Below are positions 12,862 to 28,000 of a stretch of 64,000 bases of DNA, piece by piece (position 1 is the stretch's first letter; each line of letters begins with the position of its first letter). The notes below the pieces were generated by a model that ran no database searches, was not told the DNA's origin, and saw nothing but the letters and a program-made list of their open reading frames with translations. The stretch covers positions 40,362,001 through 40,426,000 of the forward strand of contig NC_045138.2 of NCBI RefSeq assembly GCF_008831285.2. The letters run 5' to 3'. This DNA is from Nymphaea colorata (Eukaryota). The translations under genes and the position numbers were made by a program.

Positions 12862-15800
12862 CCTTGCCATCTGAAAAATGGAGGGGACTTGTGATGTTGC
12901 AAATGGCTCGATTATCTTGTGTAACTTTTGACTATTGTGGTGTATAGGGTGCGTAGAGGAAATGTTTCGGGATACGTTTTGGTAATTGATGAGCATGGTC
13001 AAACTTCCGTGGCACACTTCAAGTTCCCGAGTCAGAGAAAAGTCAAACTCTGATTGTTCTCACACAAGGCATGCATTGCTGTCAAAGCTAGGAATAACTT
13101 GTTCTTAAAACTGGTGATGCTCTGTTTATGGCATGCACGAGGTGCTATGGCTCTTGGCCATTTTTCCTTTAATGGGCATGCCTTTCAGGGGTTAAACGTG
13201 GATGAGCCCTGACCACATGTCTAGGAGAACAATGCTGTGGGAAGTCCGTGCAATGGGGCAGGTCTTGGCTTGATGCAGGGTTTTGACCTCAACATTCTTC
13301 GAAACTTCCCATTTTAATCATCTGTTCTCTAGCTGTGCTCGTGCTGGCACCTTAAGTTGATGGTGCATCCCTGTATATGTTCACCCACTTGTTTGAAACA
13401 TAGCAAAGTGGTTTGGTCGTCCTCCATAACCTATTGTTGGCAAGTGGCATAAAAAATGATTTGTCAGTTTTTGTTCTTGAGAACCTTGAAGCCAATCCTT
13501 TTAGTCAGGTAGGCAGCATTTAGGATGATAGATTGTTGTGTTATTTAATTCCTCTCTGTTTGGCTGGTGGCTTTGGGCTGAGCTGTGGTACCTGCATGAA
13601 GGTGCCCAAGGTCGGGTAAACCTTCTCAATTATCTTGGTATTGCGTGTGCACATCGACTTTGAGTTTGATCCGGTTCTCCGTGTTGCATTTTAGAAACCA
13701 ATCAATTTTTGACTTGATTGTGCATCTGAAATTGCTAGCCGAATGCAACGTTTTAATCCTTTTTCCATTTCTCTCTCTTACAAGCAAGCAGGGGTTAAGC
13801 AGATTTTTCGAGTTAGGGGAAAACTTTAAACTTAACTGGTGACTGAAGCGGTAGCCGGTAGTCTCTTATCTACAGCTCCTTGATTCTTGCAGGTACTCCA
13901 CGCCTCAGGGCATGGAATGGCAAGGATTGACCATGACAGTCATGGGCATTGAACTGTGACTGCTCTTCTGGCAGCCATGCAGAATTATGCCCGATTCCAT
14001 TGGATCTATATAGCCATGGCGCATACCGAACAAGAAAGTTAGCCAAACAGACTAACTCAATTTTCGAGACACACTATCTGCATACAACCCGAAGGTTGTT
14101 GTGTTTGGTAGCTTGTGATGACTTGTCTCAGACAACCTGTCTGAGTGAGTTAATCAATTAGACATGTGGTCTCAAACCATTCATCTGATCATTACGTTTC
14201 CTTTTGTTTTTTGGGCAATGGATGTGATGTCTCAGATTTTATGTTCAACGTTTGCTTGTGGATGATGAAAAAGGAAGAGTTAGATTGCATGTAAGGACAT
14301 GAATTATTTACGTAACAACCAAAGTGCCACTGAAAATAATATGTCATTGTTAAATGTTAACATATAAAAAATCCATAGAACTTTAGATTATGACCAAATT
14401 TTCAAATATCATAAATATAAATAATAATCCATAAAGTGGATGAGCTTTTATGCATAAAAAAATACGAAAAAGTCCCATGGCCCTCTGAGAATTTTGAAAG
14501 GACCTCATTATCCTTTCCTCAAATTGTAAACATGAATGGCTTTAAAAGGAAAAATCTTGCTCCGCCAACACAACACACTCTCTATAAAGATTGTGAGCTC
14601 ATGATAAAAGAAAGTGAATGTAGAAACGCTTTAGTTAATGGCACTACAAAGAAAGAGCTATAGAGATGGCAGACAAATTGTCTAAGTTTTCATGTAGTTC
14701 TGAAGTATCATTTTATGAACTCATCAACGACAAATTATTGGGATGCATATTCAAGGCTATCATATCAGTAAACCATTTGTGGAAGAGATATTTAAGCCCA
14801 AAAGCTTCCCCCGTCAAATTACAATACTGGGTCTGAAACAGAGAACGTCGAAGCTATCACTAACAGAATAATCATAATGAGGATGCCGTTCGGTTGATCG
14901 ATCCTTTTTATTATCTGACAGTGCTATACATAACCAGAAAGACCGCACATTATGGAGGTAATGAGGTTGTTGGGACTCACCTTCTGTGGTTAACATTATA
15001 AAACTCAGCAAAGTTTTAATTTCCGGCATTAATAGGAATCCTTACGTATAGCAGTAAAACCAACATAGCATGGCCTTCTGTTTCAACTGAAATCTAGCGT
15101 GAAAAACAATACTTCACATTACCAAATATGAATTATAAAATATACTCATATATTCTATATATTACGAAATAACTGCTCAAAAGCACAAAAAATGAAAACA
15201 CGAAACCAAGTTCTGGGCTAAATTCACATTGTTACGACCTATGCATTTCAGGATTCATCCTGAGAAATAGTAAACAGTGCGCATTCTCCTCATCAAAATT
15301 ACAGGCTAGAATGTCGTCACGTGGAAGTCGTTCGATGTGCAGGGACTCTGGTTAGAATCAGCCACACAAAGATCGCCCCAACGATGCCATTGTCACACCT
15401 ACCCACTAGAACAAAACAACATCGAGCCTACTCCACGATATTGCAGACAAGATGTCTGTAGAATGCTAATTCAGTAGGATGGTGAGCTTCTACTTAGACT
15501 TTATGGGTTATCAAAGTTAGCCATTCATTGCAATTGCCAACTTGCACCGCCCTACACCGCTGTTTCCTTCTTTCATCCTTTTGGGTAGTCACAAGGGGTC
15601 TGCTCATAGATTGTATTGCAGCTGTGATGTGATATGACTGCTAAATGAATATAAAACCAGGGCGTCAGCAATTGAGCATGAGCAAGAAGGTCTAGTGTGA
15701 CTGTGTAAGCAGCATGTCCTGCTGTAAGGCTGAAATATTTTTCTTTTTTTTTAAACCACTCAGATTCTGATCTGCATCTTGGCAAGATACTGAGGCCAGA

Positions 15801-16694
15801 ACTGCCCACTGGAAAGCAAAACCAGCTTCAACGATGTAGGGAGATCCCCATCATGCATTCCAAATGGTTCTTTATCAGTTTGGTAACAGTCACAAATTGT
15901 CCTATTCAAATATGCATCCCTAAGAAATCCATTGGGTGGGCCTACGTATATCGGTGATTGTACATTTGGCATATAGTTTGTTCTCAGGATTATGCTTTCA
16001 AAATCAACTTGGTATCCTTCACAAATTGTCCTGACAGGGAAAGACATCATAGGGCTGTGTAGGTCATTCTCACCAGATTGGGTGCAGCAGTGAATTTACT
16101 TGGTCAGGAAACATCTCCTAGATACAGATACAAAGTAGCATTCACACTTTCTCTCTTTCTTTCTCTCTCTGCCTCTGGTCTGGATGATACTTACATGGGG
16201 TAGCCTGGTCCCAGAGCTCATGACCTGACAACTGGTCAACAAAATCAAGCTACATGCTATGGGGAGGAAAAGAGCAGACAGAAAACATGGCCTTGAATGT
16301 AGATCCACTATCACTAACTTGCCTAGGATTAAACACCCGAGCCACAAAACGTCTGCTGCCTTAAATTAATGCTAGCTTTATCGGTGATTTGATGGGTTCA
16401 CTTTTCTAGAAGCGATTAATCCTGCCCAATGTACCGTGTAATTACCAGAAGGCTAGCCATGGTTGGTTTGACATATGCCAATAAGACTGTAATTTTCTTT
16501 ATCTGACGACAAGAAAACACCTTCGTGTGGTTTCAGAATTTCAGTAACAGACTTGAAAGTGCTGCATTTGATTTTAGAATTTCAGTAACAGACTGATGAC
16601 ACGATCTTTTCTGGATTTCAGATTGTTTTCTCTTTGATTTCCTCGCACTCAGTTGCTAACGAATGTTTTAGTTTGTTGACTCTTTACTCTGTGT

Positions 16695-16958
16695 TTTCCT
16701 TGCACTTAGATGTCATCCAGTTCATGATGTCTGTGGTTTTCAGAGAAGAGATGCAGTTTCAGCTCTATCTCTTTACTGCGAAACAATTTCTCAATGTGTT
16801 GCACCATCTTGCTGAAAAAATTACAATTTCCTTGCACTTAGATGTCATCCAGTTCATGATGTCTGTGGTTTTCACAGAAGAGATGCAGTTTCAGCTCTGT
16901 CTCTTTACTGCGAAACAATTTCTCAATGTGTTGCACCATCTTGCTGAAAAAATTACAA
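16695..16958. repeat. 132 bp tandem duplication (2 copies)
   Basis: Copies at 16695-16826 and 16827-16958. I see only two differences between them. Confidence 0.95.
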
Positions 16959-19900
16959 TCATCTTAAAAATTGGCCTACTGATCCAATATCCATTGCAAA
17001 GGTCACTATTCCAATTCTTATTCCCAAAAACATTATAACTGAGATAATTGTTCTAGCATCGCTGAGGTCAATCCAAATACAAGAGGAGAAACATTCACAA
17101 GGACAGCAACAGCATGCGACAACCAGATCAGATTGGTTATCTGGTTTCTTCCAGGCTTTGAATGATTACAATCATTTAGGTGTGGTAAGACAAATTAGTA
17201 CAGTGAACAATTCTTAAACAATAGTAAAAACAAGAGCTGACAGGCTGTATGGAACCAAATAATTCTGAATAAGCAACAAGTTTAGGAGCTTTTTGTGTGT
17301 CTCACAAGTCTAAGATGACTTTAGGTAGACAAAGCAAGGACTAGAAGTGGCACATTGACATGACACTAAAAAAAATTAAGACCTTGCCTAGAGGAGGGTG
17401 AGATGAGATTAGCCTTTATTGGGACATTAGGCTCAAAGTGTCGGCAACACTAAGAACTCATCATGTCTACATCTTCTACGCCTTGCGGACTCATAATTAG
17501 GGCCTTTGGTGGGTCAGGTCAGGCTGAAGCTTTTGCCTACAACTTAAAAATAGCCTGCCCAAAAGTGAACTGACCCATTTGGGCCTAATGGACTTATGTG
17601 TGTGCGTGTGTGTTTGTGTGCGCGTGCACGCACAACACACCGGTCTCATGCAAGGTACCCCATTTGTGAAAATGCCAAACTCATGATGCTTTGTGAGACG
17701 GATCTAGCAGATAGTCTTGAGTTCAGCATGTCACATTGGTCCAGTCTGTTAAATCTGAAAAAGGAGGAACACCAAATCTTGAGATTTTTGGTACTTTGTG
17801 AGACATTAATCTTCATTTGAAGAACCTTGGTACCATTCTTGCACGATACAATCTACTAACTCGAAACGTTTTTCTTTCTTTTCTTGACAAAAGCACCTTG
17901 TAGATCAAACCCGGAGGGCCTAACGAACAATTAAAGAAAAATGTGAAAGCCTTGTGGCTTTTATCACTATGGCATGATTTAATTAATCACCCGCAGGGCA
18001 TAGTAAAAACTAAACTAGAATGCCAAAGCCCATGTAGTCTAATTTTAATTATCACGGCATAGTTCATTATTTTGCAGCCTTTCAATGCAAAGACCGTCTG
18101 GTTTTTCTCTATCGATCATCTTACAGTTGATTTTGTCGGGGAAGGACAAAGAGAGAGACTGTGAAACCATAGCCAGAGGTTATATTATTGTAATAGAACC
18201 TTATAAGTACATTTAGCATGATTTATTTGAAAGCAGTGATGCTTTATATCATGTCGTTTTTGTCAAGCAGTCAAGTTTTACATGTTTGTTAATCATTGAT
18301 TTTTCAAGTTTAAGGCTAGGATTACGTGATTTAGAACTTATTTTCTATAAAAAAATATATCGGGAGATCGTATCTGTAAGGGACCAATATCTATGAAAAA
18401 ATAAAGTTTCTGCAAGTGGGTGTAGATCCCTGTATATGTATATATATTTCAAAAATCTAACTGTGTAGATGGATCCAAGATGTTGAAACTTATAAGATTG
18501 AAGCAAGTGAACTTCATATATATAGATAAGGTTTTATAAATTCTTAAAACTCAACCATCTTAGTTTGCTTGGCTCTTAAATTCAGTTTTGACGTCAAGTT
18601 TTCATGACTTTTCATTAATATAATTTGGATTCACTTATATGATTAAAATTATGAAAACAACTTAAGTTACTTAGAGGCACACTTGGAGAGGCATTACCTA
18701 ATGATCCTTCTATATACACACACACAAGATGCCTGTCATTTCGGGCCGACCTGTTGAATCTAAACAGAGAAAAGGGAAAACAAAAAATCTGGTTGTTTTG
18801 GCACATTCTGAAACATTACTCTTTAAAGATCTTCAACAGCACTTCTTACACAACATAATCGGCTGATATAACCATATCCAGAGGGTAACCAACAACGTAA
18901 AAGTGTGAAAACCATGTCTCCCTCTCCCTCTCTCTCCACACACACACACACACATATATATAACCAAATTTGAGTTGACCCGAAGTCCAACACATTAGGT
19001 GCGCATACAGAAAGAATGGTCTAAAAATAAAGGCACCTTCTGCAGCCATGCCCAAAACGGAGGCTGGTGAAAGCCCTACTAAACAGCCGCAACACCAGCA
19101 CCAGCAAACACTTGTGACTGATGTCTAGGCAGTAGGAAGCAAGCAAAGAAACTTCAACAGCAAAAATTTTAGATATATAGTTGTTGATTGCCCACCCTCA
19201 ATAACTTTTGAACGTGGATCCAACACTGGCATGGCAGCAGTAATGGAGACAGGCATATATGCTCACCTACACACATAAACGCCCACCATTCTAGGCAAGC
19301 TACCGTCTCTTCAAAGGCTAGAGAAGCAGTCCAAGATTACAGCCGAGTAGTCATCCCAAGTAGGGATACGAATGATTCGGTCATGAAAGTGCAGTAACAT
19401 ATAGAAGCAACAGAGGCACATGTGACCTTGTATGGGCGACTGCCCACACAGACCCATATAAATTACTTACTTATATATTAGTGTCCCATGACAAATTTTG
19501 CTTAGTCATTTACTTATCTACATGTTGGTGCACCTCCGCCATTGATTTTTCAATGGTTCTGCTCATCAACTACAAATCTCTAGCTTCATTGTTGACATAT
19601 TTAATTCAACCATGACTAGTAACATGAGTTCATATACTTTTTTATCAAATCAGACTGATTGAGTATCTGTTTATCAACATTCCAATCAACTAATTCTTAT
19701 TCTGCTCGATTTTAATAACACTTGTTAGAACCCAAACAAAGTTGAGATCAGTAGTGAGTCATGGTAGGAAAAGACTGACATGATGAGTGGATAGCGTTGC
19801 TTTTCTAGGTCATGTAGATCCTCGGCTTAGATCTTCCAGAGTCAGGATCCATCCCCATGGGAGACCAGAAAAACAAAAGAAATCGCGTCAAAGAAAGCAG

Positions 19901-20334
19901 CCTAGCTGGGTGATGAGTGGACCTAGCTATGGCTGTGAGATGAATAAAAATTATTTGTATATCAAATCAGTAACCTAATCCCACCACAGGATATGCTACA
20001 TAAATTATACATGGTCATGGCTGGATAGTAGCGGGGGAGCACCTCCCCTTGAAACCATTGGCGGATGTGGAGGTGCACACAGACATGCATGCACACGTAA
20101 CCCATACATGTGCATGAGCAAATAAAGGGAGACATGCATTTATAGGGCAGGGTTTCCTAAACCCGGTCCAAGGGACAATAAGACATGATAGGAATGGAAT
20201 GTAGCAAGATATGGGACATTGATTATTGTGCAAACGTTGGTCGGGGTAACAGGAATTAAAGGGTCATGGACAACATCATCACTATTATCATTATATTGTC
20301 ATTATTGACATTATGTTGATGCTGCTGATAATGA

Positions 20335-20488
<154 letters not shown>

Positions 20489-20905
20489 GTGATACCAATT
20501 GTTTATGGAAGTGCAAGGTCAAGTTCCAATAGGAAAACAGATAGCTATCATACTCTGGTATACCAAACTTTGAGGTAATCTATTCTAATGAGATTAAATA
20601 GTAAAAATTAAGTTACAAACATAAAAGCTAAGTTGTTTTTCCAAGAGTCAGATGTGCCCTAAAAAAAAACATAAGATTTACTTAAAAGACTCATTTTTTC
20701 TCCTCTCTCTTCTTTTTGAAGGGTATCTCTGGCCCTTGAAAAACAATTTTACATATGCATATAGTAAACATTGGTCTTCATAAATAGACAAGGGTAGTCC
20801 ATGAAGCACCTTGCTCCAAATTTCTTTTCTAGATAGTGAGTGGATCTATAATAAGCTCAAACTAAAAGAAAAGGAAACATTTATTTATCTATTAAGGTGC
20901 TCCTC

Positions 20906-20946
<41 letters not shown>

Positions 20947-23787
20947 GAAGGCAGTCCCCTTGATCAACTACAAAAGAAGGATCATTTTTACTTCTCCTTT
21001 GACAGTTAGCAGAAGTTGTCGTGCATCTTTGATTATATCCGTAAAGGTGATGAACATGCTGTTTCAAACTTTACCGAACAAAACTAGAAAACCGAGCACG
21101 AATCGCGTCACGGTTAGGACATTCCTCTCGATGACCATATATTATATATATGTGCATGGTTGCTGTCTCTTCTTCCGTTTGCTTTGTCCGTCAAACTAGT
21201 GAAGTGGTCAACACTAGAAAAGTGATGTAGTGGCCGGGCCAATGCATTCTCGGTCCAAGTCAAGTTTCTCTGCCACGACGCGGGTTAGGCCCCGGCCATG
21301 ATCGGTCTGCTGGTGCTCATCAAAGTCTGGAACTAATTAATTAGGCGCATGTGAAATCATTTTCTTACATATATACTTCACATTGACTACCTAATCTGAG
21401 ATCCATGACAAATGCTTTTCAGCACAGGATCAAGTTTGAACGTTCTTTTGCTCTGGAACATTTTTCTTGCTAAGTAAACAGCGATTTATTGTGAGGACTA
21501 AGCACTTCGCTAGAATCCATTATGATATATATAGAAATTAATCTACCTCTCTCTCTAGTCTCTAGGCCCGGCTGCCCACTTAAGGGAGAGACCAGAAAGC
21601 TTGACTATGCTTTCATCTACATGGAAATGAAATGATAAACCTCTTTGAAAAACCTGTTCCATGAATGTTATATGCTATTTAATTCATAAATTATGTGCTG
21701 AGTAAATATATAAACTATTTGGTAGTTCTTAATGTGATACATGTAAAATTGCTCTTATTTTTCTTAAAGGATAGATGATGATAATTTATACTTTGGTTTT
21801 GAAAAACTCAAACTTGTAAACAATCAATGAAGTTGTTCAAATAACTCATAAATGATTCTATGTATATCAATCAATTTGATCAGATAACTAATAAATCAGT
21901 CAACATAGCTTTTTATATTACATAGTTTATATATTAAAAAAAAGACTGATATTACCCCCGACAGATAGTGCATGTATCGGACAACTGATAAGAACCCTAA
22001 GCTGGAAGATGCCGCGGTTTCATCGTTTACTGTCAGCTCATGCTTTAAAACAAAAAACAATCAAGGCCCGTTGCGGTCAATAAATATGCATTTAACCGTT
22101 GTAGCTGTCATCATTATTGTTAAGCTTTGTGCTTAATGGCTAAAATCAAAGCTAATGATCCAAACAAACCGCTAGCGGACGGATCTATATGGCTATTTCT
22201 CATCTTTCCCACCGCCTTTTGCAAAGAAAGTATTTACTATACAACATGTGAAGCTAAAATCCATGGGAGAGATGGTTGGGTGCCAATTTTTTTTTTGGGG
22301 GTAACATCAACCAACCCCTGCTCGACACATCAGCACATTATTCCAATAGTGGTTATCGTATATTATAAACTTTAGAACGTCACAAATTTCTTCAGCACTG
22401 ATTTAAACGTGGCCCTTTATAACGTCACGACTGTTCTAATAATATCGCCATTGTTGTCATGTTACCGGAAAAAGCCGATACAGAACAAAAAAGTGAGATC
22501 TCCATAGTTTCAGAGATATCACACACACGACTGAATGACTCTAGTTATCATCTAACCAAGCTGCCATATATAATTGGTTGAAAGAAAAACAAAGAAAAAA
22601 ATGTGAGAGGTAATACTAGAAGATGATTGTTTTTCTCTTATATATATATGCTGATGCCGACGTCCTAAGAAAAAGCCCTGTTCCTTTCCTAAACCTTGTA
22701 AAAATTGACTGACTTATGGATATTTCCCATGAACGAGATTTATGAGATCAAGTCCAATCTAGAAGATGAATTGCTCTTCTGGTACTTGGTGTGGAGACAT
22801 GAAAGGTTAGCGACCCCTTGTTCCCACATGGTTTGGACATCCTCTAGAGAATCGACTGATAAGATGTCATTGAAAGGATCCTTGGCATCATTGCCAACAG
22901 AAAGATGAATATTTTTATCAAATTGGTCTGTAAGTTTGCATACAATACTACAACGTAATGTCCATTTCTTTTCTGAAAAGAAAAAACCAACCAACGTCAA
23001 AAGTGTCTGTGTTTATATTTTACGGCACATGAGACATTCAAAGACAGCATGATTTGAATCTGGCTTTCTGGTCTTCAATTAAAGAAGCCGCCAGCATCTA
23101 TTGCAAGAAGTGGCAAACCATTGAACCATTTCACAATTCCAACTGAGAAAGAGAGGAATTCAGATCGGCAAGAACAATTTTGAGCCAATGATGCAGCCTT
23201 CGCTTTTGCTTTACCGCTTAAGGAAACATCACGAAACCCCAAAAAAAGGTGGCCTGAGGAGGCGGCCTAGAACCTTTGTAGACTTCATTGTGGTCGTTGG
23301 TTACATCATGATGTTGATATTGAATAAACCATAGTTTATCATTTCCCCCCACTACCCAATTTGAGATTCAGACTGGAGATGCGATAAAGTTGCAGAGATC
23401 GGAGAACCAGTTAGTACTGACTAATTTTATTGGATTTCGAACAGAATATTTAGTTAATCTGCAAAATTAATGAGCAGGTTTTCTGAACATACCTACAGTC
23501 ACCACGGTCGTCTTTTGGGAGGTTGCAGATCCCACAAGTATAAGCTTTAATAAGGTAGTCCAGGTGGAATTCACCATTTCTATCTCGAATAGCTTAAATG
23601 AGACAAATTGAGAGTGAGAATGTTGAACTTTGAATTGCACGGTGAGCATGATGTGACTCTGGATTTCGAGTAGTCTTAGGGCTTATAGTTGCTGCTGAAT
23701 AGAGTTTTACTCCCTTGAGGTAACCATAAGGTTAAACCAGCATGTCTAGTTCTCAAGAATAGTTTCTTGGAGAAGGTGTTATGCTAT

Positions 23788-24020
23788 GGGGTCGTTTGGT
23801 AACTAGAATAGTATGTGTGTGTCTCGTAAATATGCTTACAGATTAAGATAAATTCATGAAACACTTGACCTAGTGTTGCATGAACCTGCTCCAAGATTAG
23901 GGCAGATTTGTGGGACACTCATGGACAGTTAAGTAGATTGAACAACTGTCCCATAAATCTATCGCAATTTTGAAGTAAATTCATGAAACAAGCACATTGT
24001 TCTTAATACCTAACAACTCA
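23788..24020. mobile_element. Tourist-like MITE, same family as 44389 and 38263
   Basis: Ends GGGGTCGTTTGGTA ... TACCTAACAACTC. Internal ttcatgaaaca, catgaacctg and gtgggacac motifs are shared with the other copies. Confidence 0.65.
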
Positions 24021-24980
24021 TCATGAACCAAGAGATAGTCTACTAATTACTAAGTCATGTAGAGCTGCAGGCAATGTGGACCCTCCAACTCAGCAGCCAA
24101 TGCAGGCTTGTTATCCTTAGCTGCATGCATATAGGTAGATTTTATTTGTAAACAACCAAAAATATAAATGATAAGCTAGATTTGGGAATAATTAGCAACC
24201 ATATAAAATTGGATAACTCAGTGTACCTCGTGTTATAGTATATATCACAAGAGTTTAAAGTGGCATAGATGGTGATGTTTAGCACACTAAATCCAGATCA
24301 TTCAAATTGAAAATTGGAGTCTTCTTGTGGGAAAGAAGCTGTAGTATGACAGACGAAACAAATTGTAAACCGTACTTAATTGGCCGGTTCTTATCGAACA
24401 ACCCTATCTAACAAATGTGATCAAATCCAGTAAAGGACATGCTTAGTTGGTAATAAATATTTAATTAAGTGCATCGCTTTTATTTTTTTTTCTTCAAGAT
24501 GTACTTATTGTCGGGCGCATCTAATTTATTTTAAGTTGAAATCATCCAACTCAAAGTTGTCTTAATTTGCAAATTGCTAAGCATTTAACTATTGAGATCG
24601 CAAAGTACAATAACGTGCCCTTTCATTAGAAATTAATGCAAATAGTGGTGCAAGTGTTAAAATCAAAGCGTTTGTACAAGTGGGTAGGGCCTTAGTTGGC
24701 GGTTGGTCACAGATTCAAACTTCATTATGGTTTCCTTTAAAAGAATTTTGAGGCAAAGTGAATTTCACTATGAAGTTTTGGTACCTGATTAAATATTTGG
24801 CCCCTGAGCATTAGAGATACCAAAAAAAGAAAGAAAGTAAAAACATATTTATAAGGAAAACAATGAAAAAGATAAAAAAAACCTTTTTTAAAAATACAAA
24901 AATGTCCTCACAGACCTATGTGGTCGAGCCCAAGCATCATGCTCTATGAAGTTTTATAAACAATGATCATATGCATGACA

Positions 24981-25090
24981 AAAAGTTCTTGGGCAATGTT
25001 AATATTATTAAGTGTATGTAGGTCCAATGTGTGTCAAAAGTTCTTGGGCAATGTTAATATTATTAAGTGTATGTAGGTTCAATGTGTTTC
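24981..25090. repeat. 55 bp tandem duplication
   Basis: aaaagttcttgggcaatgttaatattattaagtgtatgtaggt(c/t)caatgtgt present twice. Confidence 0.92.
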
Positions 25091-28000
25091 AGCTAGCACC
25101 GTGTTGCCACTTATTTTTGGCTAAAAAACATAATGCCCAACTCGACCAGCTATCTTATGCTCCTTGCTTTTAACTTGTTTAATTATAAAAGTTGAATAAA
25201 AAAAATCAATCATTAATCTAAAATAGAATCTTCCAGGAGCAAGTAGATTTTCATTCCTTATCAGTAAATGCGATGCAACATCAACTCTACTAAGCAAATC
25301 TGTTGATAACAACTTCCACCTTCCATGCATACTTGAGCATTTGGCTGAAGAAGACCAACAGAAAGCGATGCAAGGGAAAGAGAGGTTCTTTACCGCTGCA
25401 AATAAGAGTGGACGTTGAATTTGTAGAAGTGGGTTTTCTGAAAAGTCACGAGTTATGTACTCTTACAAAGAACAGCTACTGTATTGCTTTCATTCGAAAA
25501 ATTGATGGATTTCCTCAAGTCATCTGAAAAGTGGCCGGCAAAGATCGTCACGTCGAAAAGTGCACAGAATGGACGGTCTCATGCAGATCTACCATGTTGG
25601 CAGGGAACGATATTTTGGATACTTAGGATTTTGTATGATCCCAATCCTCCCAAATAGAAAGACCAAAACATGTATAAGATTTTGTTCCTTTCTACTGCTT
25701 CAAATGCTGATTGCAGCGTTTGATTTATAAACACGGAGTTGGTAGGTCGATCTCATCTCCACGAGATTAAGACCTTCTGTTCCAAGTTTTAGGATTCTTT
25801 GAAACTCTTGACGCTGATGGTTTCCTGTTTCTTGCGTTAAAATCAATGTGCCAATGGACAGATTCAAAGGGTGATAATCGCCTTTCGGACATAGCCGATA
25901 GCTAATTTTCAGAAAGGAAAGCATCTCCTCGAGGGAACATCTCATGTTAACCTAAACATTTTTTGTTTTTTTTCCTTAAAAAATTAAAATCTTCACAGTG
26001 AAAACTTTGGAAGACCTTAGCACATACGAATATTTTGGCAATGTATAAATGTTTTAATTTAAAAGAAACATAATTAACATCATCTGTTGAATTGACAATT
26101 TGACGAAATTATATATTTTCTTCGAACCAAACGATGTGCATCATCTAAGGCTCTAAGCCATGCACCAGCCGTTTTTCGCTTCTCATTAATGCCAAAACGG
26201 AGAGCTTATACTAAAAACACAGCAGAAGAAATCGGGCCTCTCATGTTTGTCCTTGTCCGGCTCAATTCAAATTGTATGAACAGCACTTACCACGTTCGTA
26301 GTTGAATATTAGCACAAGTATACATGTTTCTATATCGTTTACGTGTACCTCTTCTACATGGCTCTGGTTTACTGTCAACGACGGAATGTACTCCGGGTCA
26401 ATAAAATAAAAGAGTATTGAGAAAAGAAGTAAGCTGTGCCATTGAATACTTACTGAGATAAAGAGGGTTATGCTTTGATTGCATTAATATATATATATAT
26501 ATATTAAAGCTGAAATCTCATCTATGTTGACTTGTGTATAAGATCAAAGTATCAAACACATTATTCGATGCAGTCTGAAATCCGTCGAGTTATATATATA
26601 TATATATATATATATATCATCGATTAAGACATGTGTCCATGTAAACGTGATCATCTGCCACATGGTTGACATGTGCCGCCCTACAAAAGAATTTGACTAA
26701 TATGGAATGGCATAATAGTGCCTTGCACGCTACAGCAAGATTCTCCATTAAGCAACCGCCTTCCTCCTAAAAAAATTTCTTTCTCCCCCTCGGTCTGCCC
26801 TTGTCAATTATTGGCAATGAAATTATTAAGTAGCTCAAGGGCAGCACTTTCTGCCTGCAATAAATTTTGCGAAACAGCCGGTAGGCACCAAAGCCTGAGC
26901 CCTATAATTGACAAATGGTTGAATGATCTGAGGAATCATGGAGAGATCGTATTCCCTCAAAAGCAGCTCTGACAGCCACGAAGCCTACTTTGAAGACCTC
27001 TGTACAGTCTTTTTAAGATAGCGACCAGGCTTTCAAAGCCTCGTTCTTGTGGAAGATCTCAGTGCATCTGAAATCTGGATTGGAATGGAATTACTTGTAC
27101 CATCCTCCTTTGTTTTCTTTCAATCTTTGAAGTGGTAAGAGGAAATACAAAAAGCAGAAGGAAAGATATAAATTCTTTTGAAAGACGTATGGAAAAAGAA
27201 AAAGCTTGATATTTCTTGATCGTTACGAAGATACAACACCAACATGGAAATTTCAGTTGGACTTGGGTGCTTCTTTTTCAAAATAAGAATGATTAGCACC
27301 CCAACTGCTTCCAATATCAATGCAACAGTGGAAGAAACCATTGGAGTCTGAGCTGGTAGCTAGCTCAAGATTGCCCTTGAGGACACATCCTGGAGCGCAC
27401 TGTCCTTGTAAGTTCTAGCTTGACCACCTAATTGAGCAAAAACATTTAGGATTTCAATCCGTAGCTCGTGACCCAGATCCAACCTTGTCTTTCAAGTTGA
27501 TGTTGGGCAGGTGATGACTTTAAGTTGCCTAATTTACAATCTTTGAATGGTCATTGTTCAACTTCACAGGCAGACATCTGACGCCAAAGTTTGAATTACG
27601 GACCATTAAAGATTTTAAGTGGAGTAACATTGACAATGTTTCACTTAAAAATTAATGCATGTTTGCTTTTGATGCGTCAGCAAATATTGGAGCATACTGC
27701 AATTCTCACACTATGGATACCCTCTTGCACATTAATCAATTGAGCCTCTGTTCTAAAACATCCAAAAAACGTCTTCGTCTTTCTCAAATTAAGTATTCAC
27801 GATTTACATTTCTGGCCTCCATTGGCCGACAGGTTTGGCTCGTCACTGCCCAAGACAAAGCTTTCTATCTTCTAATGAAAGAAGCCAAAGGAAACCTTGT
27901 GTATTCTTTCTTCGTGGCAAGGGATAAGGAAACACGGTTGTGATGTTGCAGTGTGAACGGAAGGGACACCAGAAGTATGGTAATTCATAGACTGGATCCA

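Noticed and set aside
16634..17038. 134 aa plus-strand ORF with internal repeat
   Set aside because: Its length is a by-product of the in-frame 132 bp duplication. Non-ATG start.
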